Origin: the human T2T-CHM13v2.0 reference genome, Homo sapiens
Direction: 5' to 3' (one strand)
Assembly: GCF_009914755.1 (NCBI RefSeq)
Contig: NC_060927.1
DNA length: 64,000 nucleotides
Positions 51,808 through 64,000 of this stretch are shown here, piece after piece (the first letter of the stretch is position 1; each line of letters starts with the position of its first letter). The notes beneath the pieces are model-generated. The model was not told the origin of the DNA, did no database searches, and was given only the letters and a program-made list of their open reading frames with translations. Position numbers and translations under genes: made by a program.

Positions 51808-53837
51808 GTCAGAAGGGACTCTCCATGAGATCAAAAGTGTGGGTTGATAGAGGGGAGATCGTGTGCCAAGAGAAGACATGCTGTGTGTGTGAGCCATCTG
51901 CTCATGTAACCTTCTTATGCTTTAGGAACTGCTTGGGCCTAGTGTCATATACACCTCTTCCTTTTGATAAAGGTGTGCTGCTGTGTGCATCTGACTTCAT
52001 TGTTTGGAGTTTCTAGGTAATACACAATTCATGATGTCTAGCTCAGTTTGAATGGGCACATGGATTAGCATCAACTAAGAAAGAAAATGAAGCAAGAGTA
52101 TTCTTCAAAATAATAGTTACTTTGTAAACAGTGTACAGGCTTTTTTTTTTCCTTGCACAGGATTTTAATCCATAAATCCTAGGAATTGTGATTTTTTTTT
52201 CTATCAGGATTGTCACAGGCTCCAGGCAGCATCCCACTGCCACAGATTTCAAGCATCATGGAGTCAGCTGGGTTGTGAGAACCAAGTGGCAGAACTTCTG
52301 ACATTGCAACCTGGACCAGCTAAATAACTTCCTTTACTCTTGAACTCACTCAAAGATCAAAACATTTTTGATAATCCATTAAATAGATTGGAAAAGCATA
52401 CTTAAATATGGTATAGGTTGCCTGTAAAATTCCAAAAGTCCACTTGGCATCTTCCTCAGTAATAGGAAGTGAAAGATTTAGGAATCTGTCTTTCACTTAA
52501 AGTATATGCCAACATGCTCAAGATTACTGGTTACCTTAAAACTGATGTCTATATTTGCAAGGGATTCACCTCCTAACCACTATCTTGCAAGTGTTTCCAA
52601 GATATCTTGCAAGTTGTATTTGCTATTTTCAGCTCCATAGATCCACTAATATGATGAATCAGTATGGTATATTGAGATAGAAGTTCAAGGTTCTTGCAAA
52701 CCAAATTGTGATACCGAACACTGAAATATGCTAATTATGAAGGGCAAAGCTGTATAGTTATTTCTGCTAGGTGAAAACAATGGGTTCTGGTAACTCTTCT
52801 TTTTAAGATAAGAAAAAACAGTTGTTAGATAAATAAATAGCAGCATACTGACTATTGCAGATTAATTAATTTCTTCCAGCAAGCAGACCACATCTAGCAA
52901 AACAGCTTCAAATGGATTCATTACTTAATTAAACAAATGACCGTTCATTGTTATTATCAAGGATCTTCATCTTCTGTATTAGCTGAATTGGTGAGTTAAA
53001 TAGAAATGTGAGAAGAATCAACACGTTGCATCTCTTGAGTCCTGAATGGTTCTGAGACTTCTCCAGGGATGCCATTGTGCTTTTGGTTCAGAATTTTGGT
53101 TTATAAAGGGAGTTCTAGATCCTTTCATTCACCTTTCTACCAAAATAAACCTTGGTCCATGGGTCAGATTACAATTTTGATTATGCCAGTTGCTGAGGAT
53201 ATATAGTCTAAAATATACTTGGGAATCAAGGAAATATACATGATATAGGTTCAAGAAACAACTTGGACTGTGAGATAGACTGGAGTTACAATCTATTGAA
53301 TATTTGACCTCTATAAAGACTTTATTATTTTCTGTACATCACAATGACATTCTACGTCCCTAGGGATTAGCTTTCATTTAAATTCAACTTTAACCTCCAA
53401 ATGTCTAAATACATCTCTTTACCCAATTCCCACTTAGCTTGGTAAATGGCCACAAAGCCATCTGGGGAATGCTGGAAGGAAGATCTATGATAAGTACCCG
53501 TGATGTTATTGCAGAGTCCTCCCTCTAGGTTATCCAGCTTTCTCTTAGTTAAAAAGGGTCTGAATCTGGGAAGTAACTCAAGTGTGAAAGGGTCCTATCG
53601 TGAAGGCTTAGATATTGCCTGTGCTAAGCACAAAATTTTGAGGGCTATAAATGTCAAGCAGAATTTTAGTAGACTGCTCATCCATTCCTGTCATGTAGAA
53701 CCCCGTTTTTAATTAGCCATAACCATATATTCCTGTGAGATGTATGTACAAAACATTTAGTATCCAAATAGCAAAACAAAACTTATGAAATAATTAGTTG
53801 TTCTCTGCATCACCTTCCATTCTCTCTCTCTCTCTCT

Positions 53838-56800
53838 TTAAATTTTAGGTTCAGAAGTAAATGTGCAGGTTTGTTATATAGGTAAATTTTTTGTCCAGGG
53901 GTTGGTGTACGGATTATTTTTTCACTTAGGTAGTAACACAGTACCTGATAGGTAGTTTTTTTATACTCCCCCTCCTTCTACTCTCCACCCTCAAGTAGGC
54001 TTTGGTGTCTATTGTTCCCTTCTTTGTGACCACGTGTATGCAATGTTTACATCCCACTAATAAGTGAGAACATGTGGTATTTGGTTTTCTGTTCCTGCAT
54101 TAATTTGCTTAGGATAATGGCCTCCAGCTCCAACCATGTTGCTGCAAAAGACATGATCTTGTTCTTTTTTATGATTGCATAGTATTCCATGGTGTACATA
54201 TACTACATTTTCTTTATCCAGTCTACCACTGATGGGCAGTTAGGTTGATTCCATGTCTCTGCTATTGTGAACAGTACTGCAGTGAATGCATGCGTGCACA
54301 TGTCTTTTTGGTAGAACAATTTATATTCCTTTGGATTATACCCAATGATGGGATTGCTGGGTCAAGTGGTAATTGTTTTAAGTTCTTTGAGGAATCCCCA
54401 ATCTGCTTTCCATAATGGTTGAACTAATTTACATTCACACTAGCAGTGTATAAACATTCCCTTTTCTCTACAACCTCACCTGTATCTGTTATTTTTTGAC
54501 TTTTTAATAACAGCCATTCTGACTAGTGTGAGGTGGTGTCTCATTGTGGTTTTATTTGTGTTTCTCTAATGATTAGTGATGTTGAACATTTTTTAATATG
54601 CTTTTTGGCTGTGCTTGCATCTTCTTTTGAAAAGTGTCTGTTCATGTCCTTTGTCCACTTTTTAATGGGGTTGTTTCTTTTTTACTTATTAATTTGTTTA
54701 AGTATTTATAGATTCTGGATATTACACCTTTGTCAGATGCAGTTTTCAAATATTTTCTCTCATTCTGTAGGTTGTTTACTCTGTTGGTAGTTTCTTTTTC
54801 TGTGCAGAAGCTCATTATTAATAGTTGAATTAGGTAGCACTTGTCAATTTTTGTTTTTGTTGCAATCGCTTCTGGCATCTTTGTCATGAAATCTTTTCCA
54901 GGGCCTATGTCCAGAATGGTATTTTCTAGATTATCTTCCAAGGTTTTTATATTTTTAGGTTTTACATTTAATTATGTAATCCTTCTAGAGTTGGTTTTTG
55001 TAAATAGTATAAGAAAGGGGTCCAGTTTCAATTTTCTGCATATGGCTAGCCAGTTATCCCAGCACCAGTTAGTGAACAGAGAGTCCTTTCCCCACTGCTT
55101 GTTTTTGTTAACTTTGTAGAAGATCAGATGGTTGTAGGTGTGTCACATTATTTTTGCTCCATTAGTCTTTGTGTCTGTTTTTGTACCAATACTATGCTGT
55201 TTCAATTATTGTAGCCATGTAGTATAGTTTGAAGTCAGGCAGTGTGATGCCTTCAGCTTTGTTCTTTTTGCTTATAGTTGCCTTGGCTATTTGAGCTATT
55301 TTTTCATTCCATATGAATTTAAAAAATTTGTTTCTAATTCTGTGAAGAATGTTACTGGTAGTTTGATAGGCATAACATTAAATGTATAAATTTCTTGGGG
55401 CAGTATAGCCATTTTACCAATATTGATTCTCCCTAAATATGAGCATGGGGTGTTTGTGTCATCTCTGATTTCTTTCAGCAGTGTTTTGTAATTCTCATTT
55501 TAGAGATCTTTCACCCTTCTAGTTAGCTGTATTCCCAGATAATTTATTCTTCTTGTGGCTATTATGAATGGGATTGTATTTTGATCTGGCTTTCAGCTTG
55601 GATGTTATTGATGTATATAAATGCTATTGATTTTTGCACATTGATTTTGTATCCTGAAACTTTGCCGAAGTTGTTTATCAGAACAGGCAGCCTTTAGGTA
55701 GAGACCGTGGTGATTTCTAGGCATAGAATAATATCATCTGCAAACAGAGATAATTTGACTTCCTCTCTTTCTATTTATATGCCTTTTATTTCTTTTTCTT
55801 GCCTGATTGGTCTGGCTAAGACCTCTAGTGCTATTTTGAATAGGAGTGGTGAGAGTGCGAATTCTTGCCTTGTACTTGTTTTCAAGAGGATTGCTTCCAG
55901 CTTTTGCCCATTCAATATGATGTTTGCTGTGTGTTTGTCATAGATGGCATATTATTCTGAAGTATGTTTCTTCAGTGCCTAGTTTGTTGAGGATTTTTAA
56001 CATGAAGAGATGTTGAATTTTATCTACATCTATTAAGATAATCATGTGGTTTTTGTTTTTAGTTCTGTTTATGTTTATCGATTTCCATATGTTGAACCAA
56101 CCTTGCATCCTGCCTGCTTGATTGTAGTTGATTAGCTTTTTGATATGATGCTGGATTTTGTTTGCTAGTACTTTATTGGGGATTTTTGCATATGTGTTCA
56201 TCAAATATATTGGCCTCAAGTGTTTTTGTTGTTGTTGTTGTGTCTCTGCCAGGTTTAGGTATCAGGATGATGCTGGCCCCATAGAATGAGGTAGGGAGAA
56301 ATCCCTTCTCCTAGTTTTTAAAAATAATTTCAGTAGGAATGGTACCAGCTATTCTTTGTACATCTGGTAAAAATTGGCTGTGAATTCCCCTGGTCCTGGG
56401 CTTTTTCTGGTTGGTAGGCTTTTTATTACTGATTCAATTTTGGAGCTTGTTAATGTTCTCTTCAGGGATTGAATTTCTTCCTGTTTCAATCTTGGGAGGT
56501 TGTATATTTCCAGGAATTTATCCTTTTCTTCTAGGTTTTCTAGCTTGTGTGCAGAGAGTTGTTCATAGTTGTCTCTGAGGGTTTCTTGTATTTCTCTGGG
56601 GTCAGTGGTAATATCCTTTGTCATTGCTAATTGTGTTTATTTAGATCTTCTCTCTTTTTTTCTTTATTAGGTTAGCTAGAGTTCTATCTTATTTATTCTT
56701 TCAAGGAACCATTTCCTTGATTCATTGATCTTTTGTATTTGCTTTTTCAGATCATAATTTCCTTTAGTTCAGCTCTGATTTTGGTTATTTATTGTCTTCT

Positions 56801-59340
56801 GGTAACTTTGAGATTTGTTTGCTATTGTTTCACTAGTTCCTCTAGGTGGACTGTTAGGTTGTTAATTTGAGATCTTTCTAACTTTTTGTTGTGGGTGTTT
56901 TGCACTATAAACTTCCCCTCTTAACATTGCTTTAGCTGTGTCCTAGACATTCTGGTATATTGTATCTCTGGTCTCATTAGTTTCAAATAATTTCTTGATT
57001 TCTGCCTTAATTTTGTTGTTTACCCAAAAGTCACTCAGTAGCAAGTTGTTTAATTTTCATGTAATTGTATGATTTTAAATGATTTTCTTAGTATTGATTT
57101 CAATTTTTATTGCACTGTGATCCAAGAGTGTTGTTGTTATAATTTTGGCTTTTCTCGAGCTTGTTTTAGGATTGCTTTATGGCCAGTTGTGTGGTTGATT
57201 TTAGGGTATATACCATGTGGTAATGAGAAGAATGTATATTCTGTGGTTTTTGGGTGGATAATTCTGTAGATATCTGTTAGGTCTATTTAGTCAGTTATTG
57301 AGTTCAGGGCCCAAATATCTTGGTTTGTTTTGTAATAGATAGATAAGATGATCTAGCTTATACTTTCAGTGGGGCATTTAACTCTCCCAGTGTTATTGTG
57401 TGGTTATCTAAGTCTCTTCATAGGTGTCTAAGAACTTGCTTTATGAATATGGGTGCTCCTGTATTGGATGTACATATATTTAGGATAGTTAAGTCTTCTT
57501 ATGGAACTGAACACTTCACCATTATAGTCCCTTCTTTGTCTTTTTTGATCTTTTTTTATTTCATGTCTGTTTTGTCTGAAATTAGAATATCAACCCCTGC
57601 TTATTTCTGTTTTCCATTTGCTTGGTAGATTTTTCTCCATCTCTTTAGTTTGAGCCTATGGGTATCACTGCATTTGAGATGGGTCTCCTGAAGACAGCAT
57701 AACCTTGGGTCTTGCTTTTTTATTCAGCTTGCCACTATGCTTTATAATTGGGATATTTGGCCCATTTTCATTCAAGGTTAGTATCGATATGTGCAGACTT
57801 GATCCTACCATCATGTTATTAGCTAGTTACTATGCAGACTTGATTGTGTGATTGCTTAAGAGTGTCAGTAGTCTATATTCTTCTGTGTTTTTTTTGTGGT
57901 GGCTGGTTACAGTCTTTCCTTTCCATATTTAACACTCCCTTAAGGATATCTTATAAGGCAGGCACGATGGTAACAAATTCCCTTAGCATTTGCTTGTCTG
58001 AAAAGGATTTTATTTCTCCTTCACTTATGAAGCTTAGTTTGTTTGGATATAAGATTTTTAGTTTGAATTTCTTTTCTTTAGTAATGCTGAACACAGGCTT
58101 CCAGTCTCTTCTGGCTTGTAGGATTTGTGCTGAAAGTTCTACTGTTAGCCTGATGGGGTTCTTTTTATAGGTGACCTGCTCCTTCTTTCTATCTGCCTTT
58201 AACATTTTTTTTTCCATTTCAACCTTGGACAATCTGATGCCTATGTATCTTGGGGATGGTCATTTTATATAATATCTCACAGGGGTTCTCTTCATCTTGA
58301 ATTTGAATGTCGGCCTCTAGCGAGATTGGGGAAAGGTTCATGAACTGTATTTTCAAATATGTTTTCCAAGTTGCTTGCTTTCTCTTACTCTCTTTCACAG
58401 ATACAAATAAGACATAGATTTGGTCTCTTTACATAATCTTATATTTTTCAGAGGCTTTGCTCATTCCTTTAAACTGATTTTCTTTATTTTTTTCTGACTG
58501 AGTTATTTCAGAGAACTGGTCCTCAAGCTCTGAGATTCTTTCCTCAGCTTAGTCAATTCTGCTGTTAATACTAGCAATTATATTATGAAATTCTTGAGGT
58601 AAGTTTTTAGCTGTATCCGATCAGTTTGGATCCTTCTTAAAATGACAATTTTGTTTTCATCTTCTGTATCATTATATTGTACTCATTAGATTCCTTGGAT
58701 TGGTTTTGACTTTCTCCTGAATCTTGATCATCTTTATTCCTTTCCATATTTTGAATTCTATTTCTGCCATTTCATCCATTTAATCCTGGTTAAAAACCAT
58801 TGCTGGGAAACTGGTGCAGTCATTTGGAGGTGAGATGACACTATGGCTTTTTGCATTGGTAGAGTTCTTGAACTGGTTCTTTCTCATCTGTATGGGATAA
58901 TGTTCCTGCAGTCTTTGAAGTTGCTATCCTTTGGATGGAATTTTTTTTTTTTTTTTTTTTTTTGCTCTTCTTTGATGCTCTTGGGGGTTTGATTGTGGTG
59001 TAAGGTGGGTTTGGTCAAGTGGCTTTGTTTCTGGACGATTTTAGGGGGCCAAGGCTCAGCTCAGAAATCCTGGGTTATGTGCTGTAGCTCTAGGGTGCTG
59101 GTACTGGGCCCCAGGCTTTGTTCTCTGGCCCCTTTAGGTTAGGAACATGCTGTACTAAAGGGGCTGTGTTGTTCCCAGTCCACTGGCCATAACACTTTGA
59201 TGGGTGGTGGCAGTGAGATCCATGCTCACTCATGCATGCCAGCAGCTGTGGAAGTGTGGCCAGGTGCATAAGCATTGGCTGGGGTGAGGGACTGACTGTA
59301 GTGGGACTGCAGTGTTCCTACATGTGCTTGTGCCAGTCAT
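53838..59340 (-). mobile_element. L1PA15/16-like element, ~5.5 kb, with 3' UTR, decayed ORF2, ORF1 and part of 5' UTR
   Basis: ORF-track fragments [29 protein letters not shown] and GRMQGWFNI (ORF2), KKNPIRLTVELSAQILQARRDW (ORF1); many stops and frameshifts. Confidence 0.93.
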
Positions 59341-60909
59341 GCTCTTTACTCCTTCTCCTTTCAGGATCAGTGAGAAGGCTGGTGAAGCAGTCTAAAGATG
59401 AAAGTCCTGGTGGCAAAGCACTATCACCATCTCCCTATTGGAACACTCTCTTTAGTAAGCCATGCTGGGGCACATACCCTTGGAGATATGTACCAGGGAC
59501 AGAACCACCACAGGAATTATGGACATTGACTACATGTGCTACTGAGTTCTGCTAATCATGAATAATTGCTACCTTGCCATTTATTTGGCTTTCAGTCATA
59601 TAGCAGTCTAGGTGACAAATCTGTAACTCAACCTGTGCTTTTACATCCTACTCTAGAAATGCAGGGTCGCAGGTTACAGCACTCAACATACCAGGTTTAG
59701 AGCATGAGTCCACATATCATGTGCTAGGGGGTGGTGAAGGAGATGTCTGCATTTCCTGAAACTTACATCATGGATGGAAGGACGCTGCCTGAAACTTATC
59801 TTGAAGTATTGGCTAGGAAGCAATAATTATGTATGTTCACAGTAAGAAAGTAATGGTATTTCTTTTGTCTTTTTCAGACTGGTGTAGTCAAATCCAGTTT
59901 CCCTTCTGGCCAGGTGGAAATGTGAAGAAAAATTAATAAGGGTTTATGGCTATTTCTCCCTCTGCTTTGCACTGTAGCATAAATGTGAGCCCTGGGAGCG
60001 TATGAGGTCTTCAGCTCTGAAATCCAGGTCATGGTGCAGTCTTAGATCTAGAAGGGTGGGTTTCACCTAGTGTTTGGCAAGAGCTACATATCTCCTGCCT
60101 GGAAGAAAGTGATAGTACTGACTTCAAACTTGAGCCTTGAGAAGAAATGCTTTTGCTTTTCCTTATCTACGTCCCCCAAAGAAAGGTAACTGGCCAGGGC
60201 AAGTCTGAGATCAATGGTCATGAACCAACTAAATGGAATTTGAACATATTATTGGCCGTAAACCACCTTAGTCTTACCACATAATGTAGACATCCTTTTG
60301 CAGTAAACCCAGGAAGGCAAGCTGCATATGTATTGACTGTCTCCTGGGTCCTATTATACTCACCACTGAGGCATATAAAGAAACAGAAACAGCCTTAGAG
60401 TGTCTAAGGGCTGTTTGGCTTTAAACATTTTTTATTTTCCAATTGAATTAGAGTAAAAACAGTAGTTAAAATATACCCTTGGCTGTTGTCATGAAAATTC
60501 ACAATAACAGATTAGCCCAAAATAGCCAATTTTCTGTAGTTTCCAAGGATACAGCCATAGTTAGAAGTGTCATCTGCCAATTTAAAAAAAAATTTCAAGA
60601 GACATTAAAATAAGACAATGGAAGAAGAAGGGCCAGAGGGAAAGTTTTTTTTTTTTTTTTTTCTAAATAAAGGTTAGAAGAAAAGGATAAAGAATAAAGA
60701 GCTCTAAAGCAGATTATTTTGATTTTCTTCAGGCTAGTTTAAGGAAAATGACTGAAATGACTCTTAAATTGACTCTGGTCCCTCAGAAGTTTCTTAATTG
60801 ATAACAAAACAGGATGGGTCATGTTTCTGCTTTACAAAGTCAGGATTGCCAAGTCCTCTAATTTACCAGACCATAAAACCCTTATCTTTCCCCTGTCTGA
60901 TTTTAGCCT

Positions 60910-61470
60910 TCATTTATTAAGTGCTCTACTGACAGTCTCTAATTTAATCCCCATAACAAACTTATGAGGACATAATGTTAGACGCTTCTTATTTTGGTCT
61001 ACTAAACATCCACTCAACTATTTTTTGGCAATATCACCTTGATGTTCTTTTAGAAAATTACCTTTTTCCCATCTGATAGTGTCCAATTAGACAGTAAGTT
61101 AAGATACCCTAGCCACGGTAGAAATGTGAAACAATCAGGCCACTTAGAGTCAATCCTGAGTAGATAAATCTTGACCTGAGCTTTAAGATTACTGAATACT
61201 GTTCAACTTATTTGCTTTGTGGAAATCCTAGATGAGGCTATAGTGTTCCTGCTAACTTGCCCACAGTGTTGTCGTATTGATTCCCATGTTCCTTTGTTAA
61301 TTCTGTAAATTAGTAATATGCTTCCACCAACTGTCAATTTTTGTTTGCATTAGCAAAAACTAAAAATAATACCAAGTGTTATTCCCCTTTTTAATTTGAT
61401 AAAACTGAGGCTCAATTAAATTAAATCATTTGTCCAAGGCTAGTCAGTTAATGATGTAACCTGAACGCCA
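60910..61470 (-). mobile_element. MIR split by an MLT1-like LTR (LTR about 60976-61372, + strand)
   Basis: atttaatccccataacaaacttatgagg | LTR-like insert | ttattcccctttt..gataaaactgaggctca..tttgtccaagg. Confidence 0.55.
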
Positions 61471-62059
61471 GTTTATTCCTGCTTCCCTCTCCTCTGCCTC
61501 CACTATTTCCTTTTATGTGAACAAACAAGTTACCTCACTGACTACTCCCAAAGTCGAGGACTCCCTTTGCAACAGTGAAATCAAAGGATGACTCTTTCAG
61601 AGAAAAATCTCATCGTTCACACTAATCTTTTTTTTTTTTTGTGGTGAGTCTTTTCACATGTTTGGTGATTTTTCTGTTTGGTCTTTCCACCTGAGTAGGG
61701 GAAGAATGACAATGACTGTCATGAACTAGGATCAGATACAGTTTATTCCAGAATATACCAGTGTCTCTTTTCTCTCCTCGCCTTTTCTCATCTCATCTCA
61801 TCTCCGTTTTTCTTCTTTTTTGCCCCAGTGTTCTTACCTAGGATGTGAGCATAAGAATAAACAAAAACAACAACAACAAAATTGGAGGATGGGAGGATGC
61901 TTAAAATGAAGAATATTGGAAAGAATATGGGCTTTAAAGTCAGGTAGAGCTAAGTCTAAATTCTAGCACCAGAAGTTTTTAGCTTGTTATTGAGGAGATT
62001 TACTTTTCATTTATGAGAACTTCCGATTTATTGTAATTTTTTTATCGATGCCTTAAAGA

Positions 62060-62516
62060 CTCAGGAAGATAGCTGCATTTACAGAGAGGCAGTTCAACTG
62101 TCTAATGGCTACCTCTGGTCTGCTTTGACATCCTAGAACCCCTACAGTATTATTGCCTTTGTAAATGCCCACTGTTACTTAGAAGAAAACAAATTCCAAA
62201 GTATAGCCACTTCCTTGCACATGTAGACCTGCCTTAGGCAGGCTGTGAATAATCTTCAGTTTTTTTTGTGCTAGGTGAACGTGGTATCCAGATTAGAGGC
62301 TCCAAATGACTCTAGGATTACCCCAACTACCTGCCCTGTAGTTCCAGCAGGATTGTTTGTATGATTTGGTTCAGGGGAGAAAGAGGGATGGGAGACAGAA
62401 GAGCAGGAAGGGGATCAGGATAATCTTGCTGCTGTGATCCTTCTTATGTTCTTCAATTCAAAGTACTCAGCATGCCAAGGTGCCACACTTTGGGGTATTG
62501 TATTCTGAACTCAATA
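62060..62516 (-). mobile_element. ERV1 LTR, MER34/MER39/MER90 group
   Basis: Reverse strand starts tattgagttcagaatacaataccccaaagtgtggcaccttggcatgctgagtactttgaa; left boundary uncertain. Confidence 0.7.
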
Positions 62517-62644
62517 GGAGGAGGAAAACTAGGAAATTACAAATTAAACTGCCACCATACTAAGCTATTTAATTCCTGTTCTTCAAATAGCACTTTGAAT
62601 TTTTATTGCAGCTATTTCATTGGTCAATATTAAAATTATTTTAT

Positions 62645-63077
62645 GTAAGCTGATAACATTTAAGGGAAGTTGCTCTCAGAGACAAACCCTAAAATCTTGA
62701 TGACTTAGTATTATAGGTGTTTATTTCTTGCTCATGTTAAATTCAGTTGACAATGGGAAGCAAGGGGAATGGCCAGGGGAGGGGAGCTTCGCTTCTCATG
62801 GTCGTTCTGCCATCTTTAACATGCAGATTCCAAGATCACCCTGGGCCTTAGCATTCAGTAGGCAGATGGAATAAAAGAAATAAACTACATGTTAATGCAG
62901 GAGATTTTTATGAGCTATATCTGAAAGTGGCACACCTGGCTTTAACCCACTCCCACTCACCACATTTGGTCCTATGGCCACATGTAACTGAAAATTAGAA
63001 GTTAAAATGGAATCCTCTTCTACGCCTAGGAGGAAAAGGAACCAGATTTGGTGAAGAGATAACCCATCTTGTCCACA
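62645..63077 (-). mobile_element. MaLR solo LTR, MLT1K-like
   Basis: tttatttcttgctcatg, ctctgccatctt-like, gaaagtggcacac, atggccacatgtaactg, ggaggaaaaggaac..ttggtga. Confidence 0.7.
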
Positions 63078-64000
63078 ACATATCCATATTTTATGTCAGT
63101 TCACTGGCTCTGTCAAGGCAGGGTGAGAGTTTTACTCACGTTTATCTGCCACTTAGTTTAATATAGAAACTGGAGATAATAGCAGTTCAATGAGTGTGCA
63201 ATTTAATGGGTTTTTTGTTTTGAAATTTAATTGGAATTATTTAAATATTCTCTAATTTTAATCATGGGAAATGCACTTCTAGCAAGGACTTGCAATGGAC
63301 AAGGTTACCCTAACACAAAGAAGAGATGGCAGATGGACAAAGTGGACTAGGTATGGAACAGATTTTTCCTGAGGCTCTATAAACTGTGAAAAAGCCCTGC
63401 TTTATTTTAACTCATCATGTAAAAGGACACATATGTTTAGCTAGGTTAGATCAGACAGAATATGGTCTGTCATCTGCCATGATCCCATGCAGTGTGATGG
63501 AGAATAATCCAAGATGACACTAGTATTGCCACTATATTCATACTTAGAATAAATACTTTGAACAGATAAGGCATTGTGTGTATGAGGAGGGTATGGGGGG
63601 CTGTTCAACATTAAAAAAATTGCTATTAGCATCTCGAAGTATTATATTTTTGTGGTATTGTCATATTATCATCTAAAATGATGTGGCATATAACACAATG
63701 TGTCATTATTTTTAATGATGTGCATAATCTCATTTAGAATAGGCCCAATTTTGGGCAACTTCAGCATGATAATCTCTTACTGAGATACAAATTACCAAGT
63801 GACATGGAATTCTTGAATTTTCAAAAACTAAGAAAACATGTAGTTTAACTCTCTTAATTAGGAGATCAGGAAACATGTTCATAAGTTTAAAGATTTGTAA
63901 AAGAATACATAGCACAGTGGGGACTGGAAGCAAGTTTTCTTCTTATAGAAGCCAATATTCCTGTGGTCTCATTGGTAGGTGAAGGACCACATGATGTGAG

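Noticed and set aside
53821-59350. TSD for the large L1PA15/16
   Set aside because: Only a weak cat.ctct similarity at the two ends; not supportable

Overview
AT-rich, CpG-poor primate (human-like) nuclear DNA, intergenic or deep intronic. I cannot assign the locus. No host protein-coding gene, tRNA, rRNA or CRISPR array can be supported. The only long ORF (27410-28270) is a LINE-1 ORF2 remnant, and the other ORFs are repeat-derived or chance. Much of the window is layered transposon fossils: L1PA/L1M/HAL1-like, L2, MIR, Alu/FLAM, ERVL/MaLR/ERV1 solo LTRs and hAT/Tigger-type DNA elements, plus microsatellites. Subfamily names come from my recollection of consensus sequences and are approximate. 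I found no convincing new biological system. The best observations are structural or regulatory: (1) an old ~650 bp inverted duplication of a MER31-like LTR together with its L1 flank (32503-33159 vs 36059-36710); (2) between those copies, a MER41B solo LTR that keeps both STAT GAS motifs intact (candidate interferon-gamma-responsive enhancer); (3) two L1 insertions whose target-site duplications enclose extra non-L1 sequence (candidate 3' transductions); (4) a tail-less L1 RT fragment inside an Alu linker; (5) a 71 bp near-identical segment shared by two ancient L2 ends; (6) several templated micro-rearrangements; (7) a few plus-strand candidate non-coding exons.
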